From: an uncultured Methylocapsa sp.
Lineage (GTDB): Bacteria > Pseudomonadota > Alphaproteobacteria > Rhizobiales > Beijerinckiaceae
Assembly (NCBI GenBank): GCA_964440215.1
Contig: CAYTRB010000001.1
Span: 67-64,066, forward strand
DNA length: 64,000 nt
Direction of reading: 5' to 3'
Numbering within the stretch: the stretch's first letter is position 1; each line of letters begins with the position of its first letter. This document shows positions 56,062 to 64,000 of this stretch, one piece after another. The notes below the pieces were generated by a model. The model was given only the letters and a program-made list of their open reading frames with translations, searched no databases and had not been told where the DNA came from. Both the position numbers and the translations under genes were made by a program.

Positions 56062-57174
56062 ATGGTTCGGGCGATAGGTCTGATGAGCGGCACCTCGATG
56101 GACGGCGTTGACGTTGCCTTGATCGAGACCGACGGCGAAGAGGCGATCGCGCTTGGCCCGGCGCGATCCTACCCCTACGCGGAGGCGGATCGGGCGTTGT
56201 TGCGCGGCGCCCTCAGGGAGGCGGCATCGCTCGATGATCGCCGTGCGCGTCCGGGTTCGCTGGCCGACGCCGATGCCATGATCACGGCTCGCCATGCGGA
56301 AGCGGTCGAAGCCTTTCTCGCGACAGACTCCATCAATCGTGCGACGATCGATCTCATAGGCTTTCATGGGCAGACCGTTTTGCACCGGCCCGAGCGCCGC
56401 CTCACCGTGCAGATCGGCGACGGCACCGATCTCGCGGCGAGACTCGGGATCAAGGTTGCCTTCGACTTTCGCGCCGACGATGTCGCGCAAGGCGGGCAGG
56501 GGGCGCCTCTGGTGCCTGTGTTTCATCGCGCCCTTGCGGCGGCGGCGGGCTTTTTGGAGCCGGTCGCGGTGATCAATATTGGCGGCGTCGCCAATATCAG
56601 TTTCATCGCGCAGGGCAAGGAGCCGATTGCCTGTGATACCGGACCCGGCAATGCGCTTCTCGACGATTTGATGCAAAATCGCCTTGGCCTCGCCTTCGAT
56701 GAGGACGGCGCGATGGCATCCCAAGGCAAAGTCGATCAACGCGTTTTGAATGAGCTTCTCGCGCATCCTTTTTTCGCGGCGCCGCCGCCGAAATCACTCG
56801 ACCGGAATGATTTTTCCAGCGCGCCGGTCGCGCGGCTCGCAACCGAGGATGCGGCGGCGACGCTGATCGCCTTTACCGCGGCAAGCATCGCGCGGGTGCT
56901 GCCTCTCCTGCCGTCCATCCCTTCCATGGCGGTCGTCTGCGGCGGCGGCGCCCGCAACAAGACTTTGATGCGGGAATTGGCGGACCGGCTGCCGTGCCCT
57001 GTCGTTTTGGCCGAAACCGTCGGCTGGTCGAGCGAGGCGATGGAAGCGCAAGCCTTCGCTTATCTCGCGGTGCGCCGCCTAAAAAATCTGCCGATCACCT
57101 TCCCGATGACGACCGGAGTCGAAAGACCCTTGCCGGGAGGCATTCTGGCGGGAGGCGGAAGCCTCTTTCCGTGA
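56062..57174 (+). CDS. anmK: anhydro-N-acetylmuramic acid kinase
   Basis: GLMSGTSMDGVDVALIETDG...VINIGGVANI...DTGPGNALLD are AnmK motifs. ATG 56062. Confidence 0.9.
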   Translation: MVRAIGLMSGTSMDGVDVALIETDGEEAIALGPARSYPYAEADRALLRGALREAASLDDRRARPGSLADADAMITARHAEAVEAFLATDSINRATIDLIGFHGQTVLHRPERRLTVQIGDGTDLAARLGIKVAFDFRADDVAQGGQGAPLVPVFHRALAAAAGFLEPVAVINIGGVANISFIAQGKEPIACDTGPGNALLDDLMQNRLGLAFDEDGAMASQGKVDQRVLNELLAHPFFAAPPPKSLDRNDFSSAPVARLATEDAAATLIAFTAASIARVLPLLPSIPSMAVVCGGGARNKTLMRELADRLPCPVVLAETVGWSSEAMEAQAFAYLAVRRLKNLPITFPMTTGVERPLPGGILAGGGSLFP

Positions 57175-57190
57175 TTATCGCCAGCGGCGA

Positions 57191-58012
57191 TCACCTCGGC
57201 AGCATCTCGAACCCTTGCCCCGTAAATATCTTGGTGGCCGCCTGCGAGGTTAAATAGGCCAGGAAAAACGGTGCGTCCGGATTGGCTGAAGCCTCGACGA
57301 GAGCAACCGGATAGACGATTGGGCTATGACTCGACGCCGGGAATGTGCCAACCACTTTCACCTTGGGGTCGGCCTTCGCGTCGGTCGCAAACACAATGCC
57401 GAATTTGGCCTCGCCGCGCGAAACAAGACTCAGCGCATTGCGGGTCGTGTCGGCCTGCGCGAGCTTTGCTTCGACACTCGCGAAGACCCCGAGTGCATCG
57501 AGGGCTTCCTTCGCGTAAATTCCGCCTGTGCCTAAGTCGAGGGCGCAGACGGCGATTTTGCCATCGCCGGTGGCGCCTGCGAGATCGAATCCCTTTGCGA
57601 TCTCAAGCTTGGCATCCGTATCGCTTGCCGCGATGAGGACAAGCTTGTTGCCGAGCAATTTCCGGCGGGTGCCGCTACGGATGAGCTTGGCCTTTTCGAG
57701 ACGATCCATCCATGTGAGATCGGCGGAAAGGAAGATATCGGCGGGCGCGCCTTGCTCGATATGTTTCGCAAGGGAGCCGGAGGACTCATAAGCGATCGAC
57801 GCGGTCTTGCCAGTATCGGTCTTCCACGCCGCCGCGACCGCGTCGAGGGCGGTGCGTAAACTGGCGGCCGCGAAGACGATGACGGGTTTTTCCGTTTCCG
57901 GCCCGGCCGCTGGCGTCTCGCCTTGCCCGGCTGAGGGCAAAACCATGGCCGCCGCGAACGCTGCGGCGAGCCCCAAGGAAACGCGCAGGCGCCGTGCCGC
58001 CTTGCTTGTCAT
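57191..58012 (-). CDS. modA: molybdate ABC transporter substrate-binding protein
   Basis: Signal peptide, VFAAASLRTALD...YESSGSLAKHIEQGAPADIFLSAD...: the ModA pattern. Confidence 0.85.
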   Translation of the reverse strand: MTSKAARRLRVSLGLAAAFAAAMVLPSAGQGETPAAGPETEKPVIVFAAASLRTALDAVAAAWKTDTGKTASIAYESSGSLAKHIEQGAPADIFLSADLTWMDRLEKAKLIRSGTRRKLLGNKLVLIAASDTDAKLEIAKGFDLAGATGDGKIAVCALDLGTGGIYAKEALDALGVFASVEAKLAQADTTRNALSLVSRGEAKFGIVFATDAKADPKVKVVGTFPASSHSPIVYPVALVEASANPDAPFFLAYLTSQAATKIFTGQGFEMLPR

Positions 58013-58085
58013 ACCGCACCCTCAGGATTTTGACGGCGCATCAAGGATCGCGGCGGCTTTCCGTGGTCAATTGAAGGAGGCTGGT

Positions 58086-58430
58086 CTACAGGGCGAAGCT
58101 CGATCCGCAGCCGCAGGACGCGGTTGCCGCCGGATTGCGGATTTTGAACATCCGGCCCATCAGATCGTCGATGAAGTCGATTTGCGAGCCCCGCAAAATA
58201 TCAAGCGAGACCGGATCGATCACAACTTTTGCGCCATCGCGCTCGATCACGAGATCATCATGGGATTGTTCGCTTGTCAGGTTGTAGGTATAGGTAAAAC
58301 CCGAGCATCCGCCGCCCTCCACGCCGACGCGCAGGAACGAGCCCTGTGGCTCGCTCTTTAGTATCTCCGCGACGCGCCGCGCCGCCTTTTCCGTGAGTTC
58401 GACCGGATATGCGAGTGCGGTTTCGCTCAT
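58086..58430 (-). CDS. erpA: iron-sulfur cluster insertion protein (ErpA/IscA/HesB family)
   Basis: [15 protein letters not shown]...[14 protein letters not shown]: the three conserved Cys of A-type carriers. ATG 58430. Confidence 0.88.
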   Translation of the reverse strand: MSETALAYPVELTEKAARRVAEILKSEPQGSFLRVGVEGGGCSGFTYTYNLTSEQSHDDLVIERDGAKVVIDPVSLDILRGSQIDFIDDLMGRMFKIRNPAATASCGCGSSFAL

Positions 58431-58559
58431 TTGAACACCTCGAAGGGACGCTTGGACAACAGGCCGCGCGGATGCGAGGCGTTTGCCGTCTTGTTCGGTA
58501 CAAACATATGTCGCAAAGCGCACGCCTGCAACTCAGTGGGTAAGGGTCAACCAATTTTC

Positions 58560-59825
58560 ATGCCAGACACCCGGTTTTCTCCCAGCTACACTCTGGCTGG
58601 CGCGCGGGCGCCTTATGCCATGGATCCGGCGCGGAGCCGTGGCCGCTTGATCGCTGAGCCAGCGTCGCCAACCCGCTCGGAATTCCAGCGTGACCGTGAC
58701 CGTATTATTCATTGCACGGCCTTCCGCAGGCTTGCTCATAAAACCCAAGTCTTTGTTCCGCATGAAGGCGACCATTTCCGCACCAGGCTCACTCATTCGC
58801 TCGAGGTCGGGCAGATCGCCCGCTCGCTTGCCCGCGCGCTCGGCCTCGACGACGATCTGGCCGAGGCGCTGGCGCTCGCCCATGATCTCGGTCACACGCC
58901 TTTCGGCCACACGGGCGAGGATGTGCTCGACGAACTCATGGCGCCCTACGGCGGCTTCGATCATAATGCGCAGGCGCTGCGAATCGTCACTAAGCTCGAA
59001 CGCCGTTACGCGGCCTTCGATGGGCTGAACTTGACTTGGGAGAGTTTGGAAGGGCTCGTCAAACATAACGGCCCGCTATTGCAAGGAGATGGGCAGGTGG
59101 CGCCGCGCTACGCCAAACGCGGGCTTCCGGCAGCGATCCTCGAATATAATGCCGTCCACAATCTCGAACTGGTGCATTTTGCGTCCGCCGAGGCACAGGC
59201 TGCGGCCCTCGCCGACGGCATTGCCTATAATGCGCATGATATCGATGACGGCTTGCGCGCCGGGCTCATCGATTTTGGGCAAATTGGCGAGGTGGATTTT
59301 CTGCGTGACATTCGAGGTGAGATCGCCGCGCTTTATCCGGGCCTTGAGCCCGTTCGTGCCATTCATGAGCTGGTGCGCCGTCTGATTACCCTTTTTATAG
59401 AAGATGCGATCACCGAGAGCCGGCGGCGGATCGAAAGCTCGGGGGTCGCGAGCGTAGACGATGTGCGGGCGAAGGCGGCGCCGCTCATCGTTTTTTCGCA
59501 GGACATGATAAATACCGGCAAGTCGATCTCGGTGTTTCTGTTTGAGAACATGTACCGGCATGAACGGCTGGTCCGCATTCGCGACAGGGCGGGCCTGATC
59601 ATCCGCGATCTGTTTGCCCGGTTTATGATGGCGCCGGACCTCATGCCGGCCGAATGGGCGCGGTCGGCGGCCAAGGCCGGCGACGATAAGGCGCGGCGGG
59701 CGCGGCTTGTCTGCGATTACATCGCGGGCATGACCGATCTTTATGCGATCGCGGAACATCGGAGGCTTTTTGACAAAACACCGCAATTGCGCTTGAGCGC
59801 ACTGGAAACGCAAGATGCGGATTAG
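58560..59825 (+). CDS. deoxyguanosinetriphosphate triphosphohydrolase-like protein (HD domain)
   Basis: [24 protein letters not shown]...[11 protein letters not shown]...[19 protein letters not shown] 58560. Confidence 0.9.
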   Translation: MPDTRFSPSYTLAGARAPYAMDPARSRGRLIAEPASPTRSEFQRDRDRIIHCTAFRRLAHKTQVFVPHEGDHFRTRLTHSLEVGQIARSLARALGLDDDLAEALALAHDLGHTPFGHTGEDVLDELMAPYGGFDHNAQALRIVTKLERRYAAFDGLNLTWESLEGLVKHNGPLLQGDGQVAPRYAKRGLPAAILEYNAVHNLELVHFASAEAQAAALADGIAYNAHDIDDGLRAGLIDFGQIGEVDFLRDIRGEIAALYPGLEPVRAIHELVRRLITLFIEDAITESRRRIESSGVASVDDVRAKAAPLIVFSQDMINTGKSISVFLFENMYRHERLVRIRDRAGLIIRDLFARFMMAPDLMPAEWARSAAKAGDDKARRARLVCDYIAGMTDLYAIAEHRRLFDKTPQLRLSALETQDAD

Positions 59826-59906
59826 GGTTTTGTTTCAGAGTCTGCTTTGCCAGCCCGCGGCAGCGCTGTCGAAAAGCGCCGTCCCATTTATCCAATTTGG
59901 TGAGTG

Positions 59907-61685
59907 ATGAATCTTTTTTCCGAATTCCACGGTCTGATCGCTTCGATTCTGCGGCGGATCGTGGCTGATGGCCGTTTGCCCGAAGGTCTCGACACCGGCC
60001 GCTTTATCGTCGAGCCGGCGCGCGACCCGGCGCATGGCGACATCGCCACCAATGCGGCGATGATTTACGCGAAAGAGGCAGCTCACTCCTTTGCCAATCC
60101 GCGCCAGCTCGCCGTGGAGATCGCCGCCGCGTTGGCGGATGATCCGCGTGTCGCGCAGGCGGAGGTGGCCGGGCCGGGCTTCATCAATATACTGGTGAGG
60201 CCGGACGTGTTCGCCAACGTCCTGCGTTCGGCGCTCGAACAAGGACCGCAATTTGGCCGTCCAATTCCCGGCAAGGAACAGAATCTTAAGGTTAATGTCG
60301 AATATGTTTCGGCGAACCCAACCGGTCCCATGCATGTCGGGCATGGGCGCGGCGCGGTCTTCGGCGATGCCCTCGCCAATCTGCTGGCTTTTGCCGGTCA
60401 CGGCGTCACCCGCGAATATTACATCAATGATGCGGGCGCCCAGGTCGATGTTTTGGCCCGTTCCGCCTATCTGCGCTACCGCGAGGCGCTCGGCGAGACG
60501 ATCGGCGAAATTCCCGAAGGGCTTTATCCTGGCGACTATTTAAAAATCATCGGTGCAACGCTTGCGAACAAATACGGCAGGCAATGGCTCGGACGGCCGG
60601 AAACCGAATGGCTTGACGCCGTGCGCGGTGCCGCCATCGAAGGGATGATGGCGATGGTTCGGGCTGATCTCGCTAGCCTGAACATTGAACATGAGGTTTT
60701 TTTCTCGGAGCGCTCGCTCACCCATGGCGGCGAAGGCGATTTGGTTGCCGAGACGATCGCGGAGCTGCGCCGGCGCGGTCTCGTTTATGAAGGGCGGCTG
60801 CCGCCGCCGAAAGGTCAGCCCGCCGAGGATTGGGAAGACCGCGAGCAGACTTTGTTCAAGTCAACGGAATTTGGCGATGATGTCGACCGGCCCTTAATGA
60901 AATCGGACGGATCCTACACCTATTTCGCGTCCGATATCGCCTACCACAAGACCAAGATCGACCGTGGCTATGCGCTTTTAATCGACGTTTGGGGCGCCGA
61001 TCATGGCGGTTATGTGAAGCGCATGCGCGCCGCCGTCGAGGCGCTCTCGGAAGGCCGCGTCGGCCTCGACGTCAAGCTCTGCCAATTGGTGCGCTTGATG
61101 CGCAATGGCGAGCCCGTGAAAATGTCGAAACGGTCCGGCGACTTCGTAACCTTGCGTGAGGTGGTGGATGAAGTGGGCGTCGACGCCGTTCGATTCATGA
61201 TGCTCTTTCGCAAGAATGACGCAACGTTGGAGTTCGACTTGAGCAAAGTGATCGAACAATCCAAGGACAATCCGGTTTTTTATGTTCAATATGCTCATGC
61301 GCGAGCTAAATCTGTGCTACGTCAAGGCCTTGCAACGATTTCTGGAATTGATATATCAAGTGACGCCCTGGCTGCGGCGGACCTTGGCCTGCTGGAGGAT
61401 CAAGGGGAAATTGCGCTGATTAAGCTCCTTGCGCAATTCCCCCGGATTGTCGAAGCCGCTGCCGTTAACCATGAACCGCATAGAGTCGCGTTTTATTTGC
61501 ATGAACTGGCGGCAACCTTGCACTCCCATTGGACTCGCGGCAAAGATCGGCCACAATTACGTTTTCTTAATGAAGAGCGGACAGATTTAACTGTCGCCAG
61601 ACTGGCTTTGGTAACTGCCGTGGCGGTGGTTCTCGCTTCAGGGCTTGGAATTTTGGGGGTGAGCGCCCCCGAGGAGATGCGGTAG
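59907..61685 (+). CDS. argS: arginine--tRNA ligase
   Basis: [15 protein letters not shown] (HIGH), GADHGGY, MSKRSG (KMSKS-type), C-terminal DALR anticodon-binding domain (FYVQYAHAR). Confidence 0.95.
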   Translation: MNLFSEFHGLIASILRRIVADGRLPEGLDTGRFIVEPARDPAHGDIATNAAMIYAKEAAHSFANPRQLAVEIAAALADDPRVAQAEVAGPGFINILVRPDVFANVLRSALEQGPQFGRPIPGKEQNLKVNVEYVSANPTGPMHVGHGRGAVFGDALANLLAFAGHGVTREYYINDAGAQVDVLARSAYLRYREALGETIGEIPEGLYPGDYLKIIGATLANKYGRQWLGRPETEWLDAVRGAAIEGMMAMVRADLASLNIEHEVFFSERSLTHGGEGDLVAETIAELRRRGLVYEGRLPPPKGQPAEDWEDREQTLFKSTEFGDDVDRPLMKSDGSYTYFASDIAYHKTKIDRGYALLIDVWGADHGGYVKRMRAAVEALSEGRVGLDVKLCQLVRLMRNGEPVKMSKRSGDFVTLREVVDEVGVDAVRFMMLFRKNDATLEFDLSKVIEQSKDNPVFYVQYAHARAKSVLRQGLATISGIDISSDALAAADLGLLEDQGEIALIKLLAQFPRIVEAAAVNHEPHRVAFYLHELAATLHSHWTRGKDRPQLRFLNEERTDLTVARLALVTAVAVVLASGLGILGVSAPEEMR

Positions 61686-62034
61686 ATTTCCGCCGCTGTG
61701 CTGCCACGGTCTCGGACCTCAACGGACTATCGTCTCGGTTGCGGCCGCGGCGAAACGGCCAAAGCAGCAACCAGCGTGAATGGGATTGATGACACGAAGA
61801 TAAGATCAACAATTACGTAAACGGCCGAGACTTGATAAGTGTTAACAGGTTCTGGCCGCGCGGCACGTGTCGCGTGAAAACCGGTAAACAAGCAGACCGA
61901 GACATGAACCGGTCCTAAGCGGCTGGATCATAAGTTTGGATCGAGTAAACACTGCCCAGTGTGGGATGCGCGATAGCAATGCCGTGGAAGGGCGGGTTCG
62001 TCCGCCACGAAGTCGCGACAGGAGGGTGAGTAAG

Positions 62035-63426
62035 ATGGACGAGCCAATTGTAAAACGGCGGCCGATGATCGATCTGGAAGAGTTCGAAAGGCGTTTGCGC
62101 AAGCCGCTCGCCACAACTCAAAAGGACGATGATCCGCTTGCGGAACTCGCCCGCAGTTTTGCTGGCGACGAAGTCGATCCCTACAAGACGGTATTTGAAC
62201 CGCTGAACCGGCGGCCATCCGGTGCTTGGCGGAACGAGCAGGATCGCGGCGATGTCCGGGTGCAAGTGGCGCGGCAGCCCCTCATCGGGGGTGATTTCGC
62301 CGCCATCCAAGCGGGCCTGCTTGGCGGCGCGCGGCATGACAGCGAGGAGAGCCATGCTGCATCCGGCGGGGTGGAAAGTTACCTGCAAGAGGGTCAAGAA
62401 GACCACTGGCCCTACGCGGATGCGGGGGATCCCCATGAGGCCGATCCTAGCTATGAGGAAGTCCGTTCACGGCGTCCGCTCTGGATCATGGGATTGATGA
62501 TTATTGCTGGAATCGTCGGCATTGGCGCCAGTTTTGGCTTAAAGGGCGCGGCTTCCAACCCAAACGAGATCGCAACGATCAAGGCTGCCGACGGGCCGAC
62601 CAAGGTGCACCCCGACACGGTGGCCAGCGCCGAAGTTCCCGATCGCGACGCCTCCGTCCTTGGCGGGGTGCCTCAGCAGCCGCCGGTCGCCGCCGTGAAT
62701 AATGTCGAACAGCCAGCTGATTTGTCCGCGCAAGCCTATGCCACGCCGCTGGGGAGCGGCGAGCCGCCCGGTGCCGCCGCCGGTCTTGCGAGCGGGGCGG
62801 CAAGCGTTCCCGTGCCGCCGCCGCCGGTGCTAGCTCAGCCGCAACAGCCACAGCCTTCCGACGGTATCGCGGCCCTGATCGAACCGAAAAAGGTTAAAAC
62901 TGTTGCGGTCCGGCCGGATGGCACGGTTCTGTCCTACGACACGCCGCCACAGAGTGCAGGGGCCGGTTCGCCTGTGCCGCACCCCGCCGCCGTCTCCCCC
63001 GCCAAGCCGGCAACGCCAAAAACGACGGCGCGGGTGGCGACGACGCCAAAGCCGGCGGCCGCGGTGCCGAACGCGAATACCGACGCCGCGCGGACCTCGA
63101 TTGCCGCCAAGGCCAAGCGGGTGCAAGTTGCCGACGCCCAGGACCAAGTGGCGGCGGCCGAAGCGCCACGCCCGGCACCGGGGACTTTCGCGGTGCAGCT
63201 CGCTGCCCCGGGGACGGAACAAGAGGCGCGTGAAGCTCAAGTGCATCTCATGAAAAAATTTAGCGCCGAGCTAGCGGGTTTCCATCCCTCGATCCACAAG
63301 GCCGAGGTTGGCGGCAAGCCTGTCTATCGCGTCCGGGTCAGCGGTTTGTCCTCAAAGGATGAAGCCACGGCCTTGTGCCAGAAAGTCCAAAGCGGCGGCG
63401 GCAGCTGCTTCGTGGCCAAGAACTGA
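62035..63426 (+). CDS. SPOR-domain protein with a long Pro/Ala-rich linker
   Basis: ATG 62035 with a GGAGGG SD. One TM helix (LWIMGLMIIAGIVGIGASFGL), a low-complexity P/A-rich region, and a C-terminal SPOR domain (FAVQLAAPGTEQEAREA...YRVRVSGLSSKDEATALCQKV). Confidence 0.85.
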   Translation: MDEPIVKRRPMIDLEEFERRLRKPLATTQKDDDPLAELARSFAGDEVDPYKTVFEPLNRRPSGAWRNEQDRGDVRVQVARQPLIGGDFAAIQAGLLGGARHDSEESHAASGGVESYLQEGQEDHWPYADAGDPHEADPSYEEVRSRRPLWIMGLMIIAGIVGIGASFGLKGAASNPNEIATIKAADGPTKVHPDTVASAEVPDRDASVLGGVPQQPPVAAVNNVEQPADLSAQAYATPLGSGEPPGAAAGLASGAASVPVPPPPVLAQPQQPQPSDGIAALIEPKKVKTVAVRPDGTVLSYDTPPQSAGAGSPVPHPAAVSPAKPATPKTTARVATTPKPAAAVPNANTDAARTSIAAKAKRVQVADAQDQVAAAEAPRPAPGTFAVQLAAPGTEQEAREAQVHLMKKFSAELAGFHPSIHKAEVGGKPVYRVRVSGLSSKDEATALCQKVQSGGGSCFVAKN

Positions 63427-63563
63427 CCGGCGGAGTCTTATCGCCGGTCCCATCCATATTCTGTGGATGGAGCGTGAGGGTCGAAGGCGGTACTTGCGGC
63501 AGTGGTCTCGTCGCGGCAATGTTCGAGACGCGTGCCGCGCGGCCCTGACTGGGAGCACCTTAG

Positions 63564-64000
63564 TTGGATTTGCCTTTTGATCAAAATGACGTTGGGGCCC
63601 GGGAAGAGGGCCCCTTCGTGGTCGATGTCGAGGGATTTGAAGGTCCGCTCGATCTTTTGCTCGACCTTGCGCGCCGTCAAAAGGTGGATTTGGCCAAGAT
63701 TTCCGTTCTGGCCCTCGTCGAGCAATATCTTGAATTCATCGCGGCGGCGCGCCGCCTGCGTCTCGAACTTGCCGCGGATTATTTGGTCATGGCGGCTTGG
63801 CTTGCCTATCTCAAGTCGCGCCTTTTGCTGCCGCAGGCGTCGGCAGGCGCCGAACCTGAAGCCGCCGAGCTTGCTGAAGCGTTGCAGCTGCGGCTGCGCC
63901 GCCTCGATGCGATCCGCGCCGCCGCCGACGCGCTGGTGAACCGGCCGCGTCTCGGCCGCGATATGTTTTTGCGCGGCCAGCCGGAGGCACCGCTCGCCCC
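63564..64000 (+). CDS. scpA: segregation and condensation protein A (partial, runs off the right edge)
   Basis: The frame not listed in the ORF track reads ...FVVDVEGFEGPLDLLLDLARRQKVDLAKISVLALVEQYLEFI...DYLVMAAWLAYLKSRLLLP, the ScpA N-terminal signature. There is no in-frame ATG; candidate starts are TTG 63564, TTG 63570 or GTG 63618 (the last has an AAGAGGG SD). Confidence 0.8.
   Translation, partial: MDLPFDQNDVGAREEGPFVVDVEGFEGPLDLLLDLARRQKVDLAKISVLALVEQYLEFIAAARRLRLELAADYLVMAAWLAYLKSRLLLPQASAGAEPEAAELAEALQLRLRRLDAIRAAADALVNRPRLGRDMFLRGQPEAPLA

Noticed and set aside
62650-63200. GC-rich repetitive-looking stretch, checked as a tandem repeat or CRISPR-like array.
   Set aside because: It is the Pro/Ala-rich low-complexity linker of the SPOR protein, in frame. 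There are no regular repeat-spacer units.

Overview
This is a 64 kb chromosomal segment from a high-GC alphaproteobacterium. Hand-counted stretches are about 60% GC. It looks Hyphomicrobiales/Rhizobiales-like, judging from GroESL with a perfect CIRCE operator, IHF-alpha, LolCDE and the proS/tyrS/argS context. I found no rRNA, tRNA, CRISPR array, integrase or transposase.

Gene content, left to right:
- A Tad/Cpa pilus operon, cpaBCDE-cpaF-tadBC, with no pilin or prepilin peptidase gene in the window.
- An SbmA/BacA-type ABC transporter, then ihfA and groES-groEL.
- A DegP/HtrA protease and a DUF2252-SulP gene pair.
- An MgtC-family gene and a strongly low-GC membrane-protein gene.
- An orphan 'quinoprotein relay' trio (MBL hydrolase, SoxYZ-like carrier, CXXCW rhodanese-like protein) next to a divergent TetR gene.
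- An envelope-glycan block: wzm/wzt ABC exporter, a solitary LptF/LptG-like permease and two glycosyltransferases.
- A five-gene minus-strand operon of two tandemly duplicated 221-aa unknowns, a 320-aa membrane-anchored unknown, a long DyP-type peroxidase and a cytochrome P450.
- Housekeeping genes: proS, lolCDE, a TOBE/Mop protein, an APH/P-loop fusion, an alcohol dehydrogenase, a tandem USP, a 1090-aa GH94-like enzyme, an L,D-transpeptidase, bcp, an AsmA-like giant protein, tyrS, anmK, modA, erpA, a dGTPase-like protein, argS, a SPOR protein and partial scpA.

The best candidate for an undescribed system is the DyP/P450 operon at 30312-36105 with its three unassignable upstream proteins. A second recurring signal is a roughly 40-100 nt intergenic repeat family present at four or more sites, including inside the tad operon.

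All calls rest on reading the supplied translations and the DNA by eye. No database search was run, and start codons were refined by hand from in-frame ATG/GTG/TTG codons plus Shine-Dalgarno (SD) context.
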